A stretch of 64,000 nt of DNA, from assembly GCA_051294375.1 (NCBI GenBank), contig CM119267.1, forward strand, positions 26,696,495 through 26,760,494, given 5' to 3'. The notes beneath the pieces were generated by a model, which worked only from the letters and a program-made list of their open reading frames with translations, made no database searches and had not been told where the DNA came from. Origin of the DNA: Paraspadella gotoi (Eukaryota > Animalia > Chaetognatha). The first letter of the stretch is position 1, and every line of letters begins with the position of its first letter. This document shows, piece after piece, positions 23,893 to 36,027 of the stretch. The translations under genes were made by a program, and so were the position numbers.

Positions 23893-24568
23893 TGCACATA
23901 AGTGGCGTCGTCGGCATTCCAAATTATAGATCGCCTTTTTTTAAATTAAATTTGGGTGTATGAAGCTGAAAATTTATATACAGCTTCTCATCATTGATCT
24001 ACTTAAAATTGGGTCAGGACAGTTATTAAATATGTTTTGTTTACGTTTTATCAAAACAAACAAATATCCTATATTTTATTTTTATGTCTCCTTCTCTCTC
24101 TCTTTTCTCTTTTATATGTAGCTATCTCTCTCTTTTTCCCAGTGCTGATTCATCGAAAAAAAAACAGCTGGCTCTGCAGGGGCTTTTTCTTTTTCTCTCT
24201 TTTCTCCTGCTGCTTCTGCTGCTGCCTTTTGATTTCTTTTTTTTTTTGTCTGGCTGCCTCTGCTGCTGCCGCTGCTGATTTGTCCGAAAACGATTTGGCT
24301 TCTCTCTCTCACTCTCTCATCGCATTCGTGCATGTTATCATTTTGCTATCGCAACATCGGGTTTTTATTTCATTTTTTTTATTCAAGGGCTGCGTCTGCT
24401 GATCAATGAAAAAGGGTTTTTTTTAGGTAACTGTAACATTATTTTTTTAATTGACACTCGCAAAATAGAATTTTTCTTTCTGTTTATAAATTAATTTTCT
24501 TTTCTCAAATTTTCTTATTTTTAGTATCAAAATTTGTCGTCAATCCAGATTTTTTTATGCGATTGCGA
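23893..24568 (+). mobile_element. HINE-like family B, partial copy
   Basis: Colinear with 33780-34555 (gcataagtggcgtcg..ccaaattatagatcgcc ... ttatgcgattgcga); directly abutted by a family A copy. Confidence 0.75.
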
Positions 24569-24570
24569 TT

Positions 24571-25316
24571 TTTAGTCGGATCTGCTTTCAGCAGATCCCG
24601 ACTCTATAATTCACTTTGTCAGTCTGTCGGTCCGCCCCCTCAATATTGTCGGGCACTCACTTATATCATGTCAGAACATCGAATTATGATAAATTATGCA
24701 AAAAAAACGATGTCCGTCCAATTACACCAATTACTCGTGATTGGATGGATGGATTGGAATGAAATTTTCTGTGTGGGTAGGGAAGTGTGTGATTGAGCTG
24801 TATATGAAGTTTCGATGGAATCGTCCGTGTGGAAATGAGTTTAAATGGAAAAAAAAATAAATTTCACTATTTGAACACCAATTACTCATGAGTGGATGGG
24901 GCGATTGACTTGAAATTTTGTATTTGGGTAGAAAAGTGTGTGATTAAAGTGGAAATGAAGTTTCGATGGAATCGTTTGCCTGGAAATGAGTTTAAATGGA
25001 AAAAACAAAAAACTTGTTTCACTAATTGATTATGCTTCTTTTTCTTTTTATTTTAAATGTAAATGCAAGATGTATTAATTAATCAAATAATTAATCAGTT
25101 AATTAATTAATTAGTCAATCAATAATTAATTAATCAGTCAATTAATCAATCAAAACAAACATTTCTGATCAAATTAATTAATTAAATAATTAACTTTATT
25201 AAATTAATTATTAATTAATTAATTAAATAATTAACTTGAATTAATTATTAATTAATTATTAATTACTTACCGATAATGATCGTGGACAGATCCGACATTG
25301 TTTGCTTAAACTTGTT
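24571..25316 (+). mobile_element. HINE family A
   Basis: Both termini and 2 central repeat units, as in 21986-22753. Confidence 0.9.
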
Positions 25317-25410
25317 TACATGTTACATTTATTTGTTCTGTATATTTTTTAAATTACCCACTCAACGCTTCCTAATTGTATTTTTGTTGTTTCACGTCAT
25401 CATGTTCCAG

Positions 25411-25471
25411 ACCTCAACTACATCTTCTGGAGTTCTCTGCTAATCGGATTCACGGTCGACGCTCGCTACAG
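25411..25471 (+). CDS. PIGN: PIGN exon (poorly conserved loop)
   Basis: ttccag acceptor, gtggtg donor; PQLHLLEFSANRIHGRRSLQ. It is needed to join the phase-2 upstream exon to the phase-0 downstream exon. Confidence 0.7.
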
Positions 25472-25543
25472 GTGGTGTAAAGTTTACCCAGATCCGTAAT
25501 TCCGTCTTCTTAATCGAGTCAATCAAACCTTCTCGCGCCGCAG

Positions 25544-25704
25544 GTGGCCCTGGTTTCTCTCTGCCAATTGGGGATGACGCTGGCGGCAGTGCTAGTTTCT
25601 CATGCGACGATGTCCCATGCTTTGGCCCGCGTTCCGATTCCCATAGCTACCCACCTCGTCTCTTGGTTCATACTTGCTTTGGCCACCTTCCTCCCAATTC
25701 TGGG
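25544..25704 (+). CDS. PIGN: PIGN exon
   Basis: cgcag acceptor, gtaatc donor; VALVSLCQLGMTL...PIPIATHLVSWFILALATFLPILG aligns to PIGN [24 protein letters not shown]. Confidence 0.8.
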
Positions 25705-25973
25705 GTAATCATATTGGTTGAACGTCATACGTGTATTTATTTCCAAATCCACAATACTTTTTTTGGTTTTAATTAATTTTTATTTTCAATATACATTATA
25801 CAATGATGAAAAAGAAATTGTCGCGGTTATTTCCAGCTATTTTTCGGCATTTTAATGTGAGAATCGAAAAATAAAATTTACATATCATTGTTTTTTCCTT
25901 TCTGTTTCGTTGTGATTTGATTTAGAACAAAGTTTTGAAGAGAGATTTAACAACGATTTTTATTTCATAGTGA

Positions 25974-26015
25974 AACGGACATGTTTCGACTCGCATACGA
26001 GTCTTCTTCAGCGCC
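25974..26015 (-). ncRNA. Minimal type I hammerhead ribozyme (intact core)
   Basis: Minus strand GGCG-CUGAAGA-A-GACUCG(UAUG)CGAGUC-GAAA-CAUG-UC-CGUU: core boxes, perfect 6-bp stem II, palindromic ACAUGU in place of stem III, GUC cleavage triplet. Confidence 0.75.
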
Positions 26016-26255
26016 AATTCAATTTGTGAATTTATAAGAGAATTTCACATTTCTGAACTTTTATTTCACTTCACTAATTTATTACAGTCGTTAATTGTTG
26101 ATATTATTCATTACTAAAGTTTACCAAAATTTTTACTTTGTTGTACATTTCATAATGTATTATATATTTTCAAGCACTGTCTCTCTCTCTCTCCATTTCA
26201 ATTTCTTTTCATAAACTATCTCTGTCCTCACCTTCACCTTGTTCCCTTAATAATA

Positions 26256-27625
26256 AACAAGTTTGAGCAAACAATGTCAGATCTGCCCACGATCATTATG
26301 CGGTATAATTAATTAATAAATTAATACATCTTGCATTTACATTTAAATAAAAAGAAAAAGAAGCATAATCAATTAGTCAAACAGGTTCTTTGTTTTTTCC
26401 ATTTAAACTCATTTCCACTCAAGGCGATTCCATCGAAACTTGATTTCCAGTTTAATCACACACTTTTCTACCCAAATACAAAATTTCAAGTCAATCGCCC
26501 ATCCACTCATGAGTAATTGGTGTTCAAATAGTGAAATATATTTTTTTTGTTTTTTCCATTTAAACTTATTTCCACTCGGACAATTCCATCGAAACTTCAT
26601 ATCCAGCTCAATCATTCACTCTCCTACCCACACACAAAATTTCATTCCAATCCATCCATCCAATCATGAGTAATTGTGTGTTTTTTTGCTAAGGTGGGAC
26701 GGACGGACGGACATCGTTTTTTTTTGCATAATTTATCATAATTCGATGTTCTGACATGATACATCACCGCATAAAAACGGCGGTATATTTTTTCTCAAGT
26801 CGAGTAAACAAAAGATTTCGGAATCTTCTTTACCGTTTTTTTAAATTTCAGATTTTTTTTAAATTTCTTTTTCCTTTTTCTCACTTTTTTTTCCAACAAG
26901 TAATTCCTAATTACTATTGCATAAAAAGATTTTTATACAAAATATCGAGATTGGTTTTAATTTTATTAGACATTGCATTCTTAATTTCAAATCATTTCAA
27001 TGGTAAGCAAAGAGTTAGTAAGAATGAGGAGGATGAGGAGGATGAAGCAGATAAGTAGGATGAAAATCAGAGAGAGAGAGTGAGAGAGAGACAGTGAGAG
27101 AGAGAGAGAAAAGAAGAGGACTCTCAAAAATTTTCTTCAAAGCAAATGTCTTATAAGGTATAGTTGCGCCTGTAAAACCATTGTCAGCAGAATATTGGAC
27201 TCCGGTATCAATAGAATCTAAATTTATGATAAAAAGACAGAATTTATCGAAAAGGAAAGTTAAAAACAACTAAATACGTTCAAGGATTTTCAAAAAGACT
27301 GTTCTCATTTCGTGCGGGCCATACCGTTAGACATTATCCATGAATTTCAGTAACCAGTTGAAAGGTCTTTTCATCCTCTTGAATTCGGCCGTTGCGAACA
27401 AAAAAAATTTCAGAGGAAAATTAATAAAACGAAGAAAAGATGACTTGAAATGTCTCGAATTCCAACGCGGTTAAGACGTTAAAAACTATTTCCTTCCGGT
27501 TTTGACCCCGTTTTATGCGTGGATGATAATGAGTGAATGCCGACAGATTATGCAGGTGAGCGGACCGACGGACCGACAAAGTGAATTATAGAGTCGGGAT
27601 CTGCTGAAAGCAGGTCCGACTAAAA
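26256..27625 (-). mobile_element. HINE family A containing a nested TIR insertion (26762-27525)
   Basis: Reverse termini present; the insert is bounded by catcaccgcataaaaacgg / ccgttttatgcgtggatg with ata on both sides. Confidence 0.8.
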
Positions 27626-27731
27626 ACTGAACACTATCCTTTCTCTCAAACTTTGTGTTGGAAACTTTGCTCTCTCTCTCTCTCTTTCTTTCTTTATGCA
27701 CAAAATTCTCTTCAAATTTCCAAATTGAATT

Positions 27732-27773
27732 GGCGCTGAAGAAGACTCGTATGTGAGTAAAAACATGTCCGTT
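27732..27773 (+). ncRNA. Hammerhead ribozyme copy with mutated core (probably inactive)
   Basis: ggcg ctgaaga agactcgtatgtgagt aaaaa catgtc cgtt: CGAAA is changed to AAAAA relative to the minus-strand copy. Confidence 0.6.
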
Positions 27774-28243
27774 TCACTATGAAATAAAAATCGTTGTTAA
27801 ATCTCTCTTCAAAACTTTGTTCTGAATTTACATATCGAAAAACTTTGGCCTCTTATGATTCATATGAGCTGTAACTTATTTATGTACGACAAAAAATACA
27901 AGAGTTCCATGCAAAAGAAAATGAGTTGTCCAAAAAAATTCTTCTTTCTTTTTTATCTTTTCCATATTTACACTTTTCATTTATATTAATTTCCGGTTCT
28001 TTTTTATTACTTTTTGAGTTAAACCGTTACTATTAAAAGTCCCTGCCTTTTCTCGGTCTTATGTCAAATGGTTATTGCTTCATGTCCATTAGGATAGCAA
28101 CGATCCATTTCCTGCGATAATAGATTCAGGGATGAATCTTAATTCATATATTAAAAAAAAACGATATTAAAAATACATTGATGCTGTAGATGCTCTAGAA
28201 TATTTTTTTTATATTATAAAGTATCAATAAAAGTTATAAGGCT

Positions 28244-28268
28244 NNNNNNNNNNNNNNNNNNNNNNNNN
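28244..28268. other. Assembly gap (25 N)
   Basis: N run followed by noise-like sequence. Confidence 0.99.
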
Positions 28269-31200
28269 GTAAACGCACGCCCATTTCCGAGGAGCGCTGC
28301 GCTTCGACTGCGGCGCGAGCACGTGCATTACTCAGTGTCTCTCTGGCCTGATACCGCTGCCGACCTGCGGGCCCCTTCTCGCTCTGCCTCAAAATTTTTG
28401 AAAGCTCTATCATAATTCTTATATTTTCAACCTTTATAAACAGTCTACAACTTAATCTAATCCCCTCAACATGTATCATTTCACATTTACTTCTTTCTTT
28501 CATTACTTCTTTTTGATGGCTATACGATGGACTTATAGAGGGATCGTCTCGAACTCACTCCAGCCGGCATAAACGTTCTCAACTCTCATTGAGGTGGATT
28601 ATCGGTGGTCGTGTTAATGGGAAAATCTGAATCCTCAAATAACGGGTCTAAGTTCCCCAGAGCAATGGTTCGAATGCACGGAACCAGATCGAAGTAAGTT
28701 TTTTCAGAGCAAAAATTTCAGTCATTAAACGAGGAATTTTTTAAAAATAGCTTTTGCACTTCTTTTTGTTCAGAGTGAGGACACCAAACTCCGAAGCAGT
28801 AGGCTACGAGATCGGTTTTCGAGTAAGTTTATTTTAGTATTATTCAGAAATTGAATACCATCAAACTTGTTCACTGTTTGTTCTTTTCATATTGCCTTTT
28901 TTGTTTGAAGGCGGAATTCGAGGCGCGCAATCAATCTGGGTCACTCTATCCGTCTCCAAGTCAAGTGCAGCATTATTTCCCTGCTTAGCCTTTTTTCTCT
29001 GCCACTTACGAACTCCCAATTACCCACCCAAAAGCCAAGAACGGCACAACCGAGTGAGTAGAGTAGAGTGACTCAATTAGGGACGTATTTTGATAAATAG
29101 AGAATTGGAACTATCAAGAAGAAATTAGAGCCATGCCCGTAGCTCGCAATATCTTCCTTAGAGCGAAGCATCGGTTAATTCTTCCTACCTCGAAAGACTC
29201 GATGCGGGGCAGCACGCGGCAGCGTGGTTCCAGTATCTGGCGAGGCAAGCAGCACCGCGCGCTCGATATATCCTCGCCGTCTCAGCATGCTGGAGCCTGG
29301 TCGAAAGTATGTCGTCTCGGAATGGCCGCGGCTTGCTTGCTTGCTCCCAAAGACGTCACGCTTTTGGAAATCGAACGGTGGCGCCGGAGGGACTGCCAAG
29401 TTAAGGCCAGCCGTCGAGAGCGCCGGAGAGCTCACAGGTGCGTGCGTGAGCCTTGGATGGATATGGCGATAATATTTATCGTATCGGACGTGGGTAAAAG
29501 CTAATATGTTAAAAAAAGTTTTGTCCGTGGAGAACAATAAAAAATTCAAAATCAATAATGATGATTTCTCCCTCTTCTTTTTTTCAGCCTCCCTAAATTC
29601 CGATCGCCAACTCATTTAGCACGGCCACCCTTCCCGTGCCACCTGATCTCCGCAATTCGTCTCGGATTCCACCGCGCTCGAGATTTAGGGTGCCCAACGG
29701 TCTCTCCACTCAGCTCCAAACTTTCGGCGCATACGTGAGAAATGAAACAGCTTTGGGGAACAAGAAGAACGCGTGGGTGCCCAATAGACACCATCTGTGA
29801 ATTTGCCCAAGTTTTGTTTTCCCTGTGAGTTTAACCGAACCTCGTTTCATCTCAACATTATTTCCACCTTTTTCACGTTTCACCAATTGTGATGCTGTGG
29901 CTTTCTCTCCCTCGGGGGTAAATATATTCTACATCCACTACTCCCAGAGAGTTCCGCTTTTCTCGATTGACTAGAGTATTACACTCACCTTTACCCTCCA
30001 CCATCCAATCTTTTCCAAACTTAATCATCACGCTTATGTGTCCCATCTGTCCATCTGTCCATTACATCCCCCATTTCTTTCCCCGCTTTCCCACTTAACC
30101 AAACCGCCCGCCATTCGCTTCATTAGCTCAACGCCTCTGAGGCGGATAGCCGCACTGTTTCTCTCAGAACGGTCAAATCCAGCCCGTCCATTCAATTTGC
30201 AATCGGGAAAGAAGGAAAGTTCTTTTCCACCGCAGACACTCTCTCTCTCTCTCTCTCTCGTCTCGTGCTTCATCTCTCTCTCTCTCTCCTCTCTCCTCAT
30301 ATTCCTCTCTCTCTCTCTCTCTCGTCACTCTCCTCTTCCTCCTCTCTCTCTCTCTCGTCTCTCTCTCTCTCTCACTCCCTGCCTTTTGGAAGTCTTCATA
30401 CAGGAAAGCATAGCAGTGCCGATCCGTTATGCTTTTTTATGAGTCATTACCAATCGTTTTGCGAGAGCGGCAAAGAATTTAAATTAGATAGATCAACTTT
30501 AAACTCTTATTAATTAGTCGGAAATGAAATAAAGTAAAGGTCTATTAATTCGCACTGACGTAAGAGCGGACCGCGTTCGCGTCTAATTCGAATCGTCGGA
30601 GCGTGCTCGACTCTGGTTGCATCTCTCTAGGTACCTTGACGCAAGATCATATCTCAGGCAAGTTCGTACTCTCTATGGCGATCTGCCTCACCTTTTAGCG
30701 TAACGTAATTTATAAGCGACGAGGAGGTGAGTCATAACGCCCGAGTTAAAACATTTTTCTTTTAATGTAATCGCCGCACAAACTACAAAGTATAATCTGC
30801 TAAACCGATAGAGAAACGGACCAACAAATTTAGTTCTTTTAGGTTGCAGGCAAAATCAGGCAAACTTCTTGTCCTGTTTATACCTAAGATCCTCTGCTCG
30901 CTATCTTTTATTATTCCGTTTCAAAAAAACAAAACAACACTTATTCGAAACATTTTCGTCTTACCTAAGAATCGGCAAGATACCGCTTTCTCTTTTTTTT
31001 TGGGTTTAATTTTCCGAAAAAAACCAACAGAAATCCGAAAGATGAATATAATGTTCCCGAATCGGACTGACAAAGCCAGTAAATCGATCGTAACGAATCG
31101 ACAGACGATGACGACGAACGACGACCGCACGCGGTCAATTTGGCGAAAGCAGCAAACTAACAATCTGGTAGACGACCTGGCTCATGAGAGGGAACCCCTA

Positions 31201-32439
31201 AACAGCGCGGAGGAGGACGGAAGATACTAAGGGTTCTCAAACGCCCCAGATCGCTCGCTGCGCACCTGCCGCCCTCAGACCCGCGTGGCCGTTGCGCGCA
31301 TGGCTGCCGCGGCCCCAGCCCGGCCCTGGAGGCCGTCGCCGCGATAGCGACGAGGACAGCGGAAGGTAACGCAACGAACGACAGCAGCAAGCGTAGTGGC
31401 AACGAAACAGCAGCGTACAACGGCAACGGGACAACACGGCAACAACACGAAGTACGTCGAAACGCACTAGGTTTTATGGAAGGTAAGCGTCAAAAATAAA
31501 GTTAAGAAAAGGACAATGCTGTAATTTCTTTGAATATTTTCGTTACTTCCCCTCGATCCTCAGTAAAGTCCCCGACAGAAAATCAGGAAGGAGGCGCCAT
31601 CAGGACCAAAGAGGTTTCATACGGTCGGCGGCGTTAACGAGGAGGGGGCAGAGGCGGCCAACGCGCTAAAAGTTGGCGCAACCCGTCGATCGGAGAGACT
31701 GTCTGAGTATCACACAGGTATATAGGCGGAAAACGACGCGCAGGCGAGTTCGTCAGTCTTCCGGAGCGGCCGGTCGACGAGAGCGCAGAAAAAGGCCAGG
31801 GCTCGCGAGCACGCAGAGAAGGCCGATTCCACAAACACAAAGGACAGTTGGCGTATACCGTGCTGCGGGGCGCCCTCGTTCATACAAAAAATAAACCATA
31901 CTCAGACAAGAGGAGCTGGTCATAGTGTCGGCATGACGACCAAGAAATGAGCGTTCCATGAAACTCTGGCCATATCCTCACAAAGAACCGCTCCGAGGAA
32001 TAGAAAAGCAGCAACAACAACAACTGCAGGCAGTTGAAAAGTCGCAAAGGTGGCCGCTCTCCTCGTTCGCAAAAGTCGGAGCAACACGCCTATAGCGAGA
32101 GAGCCACAATCCAAGTCAGTTGCCAAACCGAACCTGGATTGGCGAAGATTCGGAAAAAAAAGAAGGCGCTGAATAAGGTGTAAACAACTGACGTAAATGA
32201 ACCGATAAATTCACGAAGCAAGTTTTTCTATTATACTTTTTTTCAAAAATCCCAACCAGCTCTTAATCTGGAACCGGAAACAGAAAGTATTCCACAAAGA
32301 TATCTCATAATATCTTCGTAGTATATTTATACTTGATATCGTATAGAGAATAAAATTCATAAGATTAAGCTTGTAAGAATTCTTTCACTTTTCTACTCGC
32401 AAAATAAAAAATGGATAATTTTAATATATAGTTTAGATG

Positions 32440-32620
32440 CAGTCTGCCTGCTATCTATAATTTCAAAAACACAGGAACCCAAAGACCAAGTTTTTTGCCA
32501 GCCCCAGATACAAGATGATAGAAATGCACTTACCTGAGCCCAGGAGGCCTATCTGGGTTGGCAAAAACCTGGGTTTTTTGGGTTTTTTTTGTTTTTTTTA
32601 AAATTATAGATAGCAGACTG
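32440..32620. mobile_element. About 180-bp palindromic MITE
   Basis: ctgctatctataattt / aaattatagatagcag termini and inner ttttgccagccccagata / tatctgggttggcaaaa. Confidence 0.65.
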
Positions 32621-33135
32621 TCATATTAATTCTTTTTAAGATAAAAATTTGTATTAATCCTTTCAGTTTCGTTGAGTTGAGATTTAATCTTTCCTTTCAT
32701 TACATCTATTTATTATTAGAAATTAATTGTTTTAAATTCACTATTAGTTTAAACTTATTTCCTGGTTGTACATTGCACAAAGTATTATTTTTGTCTCCTC
32801 TGTTTCTCTCTCTGTCTCTCTCTCTTTCACCAATTGACCATTTCACTTCTTTTTCAACACTGCATCTGTCCTCAACTTAAACTGTACTCATTCTTTTAAA
32901 CCACTATCTCTGTGTTGGAAACTTTTGCCCCTCTCTCTTCTTTCTTTCTCTCTTCTCTCTCTCTCTACTCTCTCTCTTCTGTCTTTTGCCAAAAATTTGT
33001 AATGATTTAGTTAACGCCTTGCAATGAAAGGCATCGAAAAGGATCGAAAACATGTCCGGTACAAAAAACTGAAAAGATGCTTGAACTTTATTTTAACGTT
33101 ACTTTTGCTTTAAAAGCAATAAAAATTTAAACAAG

Positions 33136-33597
33136 NNNNNNNNNNNNNNNNNNNNNNNNNNNNNNNNNNNNNNNNNNNNNNNNNNNNNNNNNNNNNNNNN
33201 NNNNNNNNNNNNNNNNNNNNNNNNNNNNNNNNNNNNNNNNNNNNNNNNNNNNNNNNNNNNNNNNNNNNNNNNNNNNNNNNNNNNNNNNNNNNNNNNNNNN
33301 NNNNNNNNNNNNNNNNNNNNNNNNNNNNNNNNNNNNNNNNNNNNNNNNNNNNNNNNNNNNNNNNNNNNNNNNNNNNNNNNNNNNNNNNNNNNNNNNNNNN
33401 NNNNNNNNNNNNNNNNNNNNNNNNNNNNNNNNNNNNNNNNNNNNNNNNNNNNNNNNNNNNNNNNNNNNNNNNNNNNNNNNNNNNNNNNNNNNNNNNNNNN
33501 NNNNNNNNNNNNNNNNNNNNNNNNNNNNNNNNNNNNNNNNNNNNNNNNNNNNNNNNNNNNNNNNNNNNNNNNNNNNNNNNNNNNNNNNNNNNNNNNA
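33136..33597. other. Assembly gap (462 N)
   Basis: N run. Confidence 0.99.
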
Positions 33598-33734
33598 AAA
33601 TATTTATACTTTTTAAGTGATTACTGATAAAAATATTTAAAAATAGTAAAATTAATTGATATTTTTAAAATATTTAAATTTAGTATTTAATATTTTTAAA
33701 AATATTTAATAATAGTAAAATTAATTGATATTTT

Positions 33735-34578
33735 TTATCGTCGCAATCGTTTAGCGTTTGCGACGATATTGTAATGCTTTTGCGCATAAGTGGCGTCGTT
33801 GTCGTTGGCGTTGTTGTCGTCGGCGTTCCAAATTATAGATCGCCTTTTTTATGATTAAATTTGGGTGTATGAAGCTGAAAATTTATATACAGCTTCTCAT
33901 CATCGATTTGCTTAAAATTGAGTCTGGACAGTTATTAAATATGTTTTGTTTACGTTTTATCAAAACAAACAAATTTTCTCTCTTTTATTTTCATATTTCT
34001 TTCTCTCTCTCTTTTCTCTTTTAATTACATGTCTCTCTCCCTCTCTCTTTTCCCTAGTCACTGATTCATAACATAAGGGAAAAAAACGAGTCTGCAGCTG
34101 GCTCTGCAGAGGCTTATTCTTTTTTTCTCTTTTCTCCTGCTGCTGCCTTTTGAGTCTGCAGCTGGCTCTGCAGGGGCTTATTCTTTATCTCTCTTTTCTC
34201 CTGCTGCTTCTGCTGCTGCCTTTTGATTTCTTTCTTTTTTCTCTGCGTTTTTTTTTTTTAAATTGAAATAGGATTGAACTCGTAAAATTAGGCATCGCAT
34301 TCGTGCATGTTATCATTTTGCTATCGCAACATTAGGTTTTTATTTCTTTTTTTTTTCTCAGGGGCTACGTCTGCTGATTATTTTATTTTTTGACAATGAA
34401 AATTTTTAAAAATTTTTTTTCAGAAACTAACTTTAATTTATAATTTATAAAATATAATTTTTCTTTCTGTTTATAAATTAATTTTCTTTTCTCAAATTTT
34501 ATTTTTTTTAGTATCAAAATTTGTCATCAATCCAGATTTTTCTTATGCGATTGCGACGATCCTTATGCTTTTAAGATT
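33735..34578 (+). mobile_element. HINE-like family B, complete copy
   Basis: 5' atcgtcgcaa-tcgtttagcgt-ttgcgacgat hairpin, (gtc/gtt)n microsatellite, 3' subTIR ttgcgacgat followed by the ctta-tgcttt-taag stem-loop; flanked by T-runs. Confidence 0.75.
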
Positions 34579-34715
34579 TTTTTTTATGGTAAATAGAAAT
34601 GTAATAAATATTATATTTTCTGAATAAAACCTGTTATGAAAAAAGTGTATAAACTTAATTTTATTAGAAAATAGTAATTAAATACTCAAAATAATTTGAT
34701 ATAAATAATTAAATA

Positions 34716-35577
34716 CATGGTGACAATTTTACAAGCGCCAGTAAAAAAACGCTATCATTTGCAAACCAGTGGTTATTTCATTGATTTTAAAAATTAGTTG
34801 GGAAGAAAATATTAAAGTCATTTATGTGTTCAAATTTTATATTGATCAGTTAAGATATGCCTTGGCAATGAGTGGAGAAAGTTGGCTTGTAAAATCGGGT
34901 TTCATTTTCCAACTCACTGTTTTTAAATTCAATTTTTTTTTTACTTTTAGCACTTTTTTAAACAAAGTATTTATTAAAATATTAACAATAATAATATCCT
35001 CAGAAAGCCCTTAAAAAATGAAGAGAATTATATACTTACGAAAGCTCCAACATAATAATTAAGCTGCCCAGCCTTGGTTCAATTAAGAGAGTCAAAAGTG
35101 AATTATCTAAAATTTTAAATCTATTTTTAAAATATATGACCTGTTTAAATTATTATAACATAAAATATTATTATTTATATAAGTATCATGAAAGAGCCTG
35201 AAAAAAATAGATTTAAGATAGCCAATCACAATTTGATAAAAATCTGAAATTTACCATCCAGCTATTAATTTTTGGAAAAATTTTTTGTTTTTGAGTATCC
35301 TAATTAAATTAAAGCTGGGCCGGTTAAATTTTATACTACATTATTTGTAAGTACGTCATTCTCTTTAGATTTGAAAGGGCTTTCAGAAGTTAATAATATT
35401 AATATTATTTTATTTCAAATTTCTTCAGAAAACTTACTGAAAGTAAGAGAACAAAATTGAATCTAAAAAAAGTTAGTTGGAAAATGAAACCCGATTTTAC
35501 AAGCCAACTTTCTCCACTCATTGTCAAGGCATATCTTAACAGATCAATATAAAATTTAAACACATAAATGACTTTAA
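34716..35577. mobile_element. TA-flanked MITE (same family as 1543-7790), right TIR truncated
   Basis: TA|CATGGTGACAATTTTACAAGCGCC; the inner arms 34815-35010 and 35375-35577 are inverted. Confidence 0.8.
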
Positions 35578-36002
35578 CATTTACATTTATATAAATTATT
35601 AATATATTAAAAATCGAAGTAAATCTTTAGTACATGTTTTTGCCGAACTAATTGGTATTTTGGGCTAAAAATAAATTTTGATGTTCGGATAAAATATTTG
35701 AGTTAATTTAATAAAAAATTAAGGTGTTTAATTAAGTTAAGATTTTTTCCTGACGTCAATATTATATTATGTATTATATTATTTTCCTGCATTCTCGTTA
35801 CTTTACTCCTGGTTAGGATACCTTTTCAGAGAATTATTTAACGTGTGACAAATATTCAAATATATAATTATATTGAAGTTTAATTTTTTCTGATAAATAG
35901 CTTTAAAAGAACCCTAACTTTGTGTTAAATAATAATCATTTTTAATGTGTCGATCTTAACAGAATTTGCGATTCACGATTAGGATTACTTAATATAAGGA
36001 AA

Positions 36003-36027
36003 NNNNNNNNNNNNNNNNNNNNNNNNN
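36003..36027. other. Assembly gap (25 N)
   Basis: N run followed by noise-like sequence. Confidence 0.99.

Larger units (their letters stand above)
25922..27824 (+). mobile_element. Non-coding Penelope-like element: inverted 5' and direct 3' hammerhead-bearing terminal repeats, interrupted by a HINE
   Basis: 25922-26026 is the reverse complement of 27721-27824; each holds a hammerhead core followed by AATAAA; the CT-rich body resembles 32700-33060. Confidence 0.6.
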
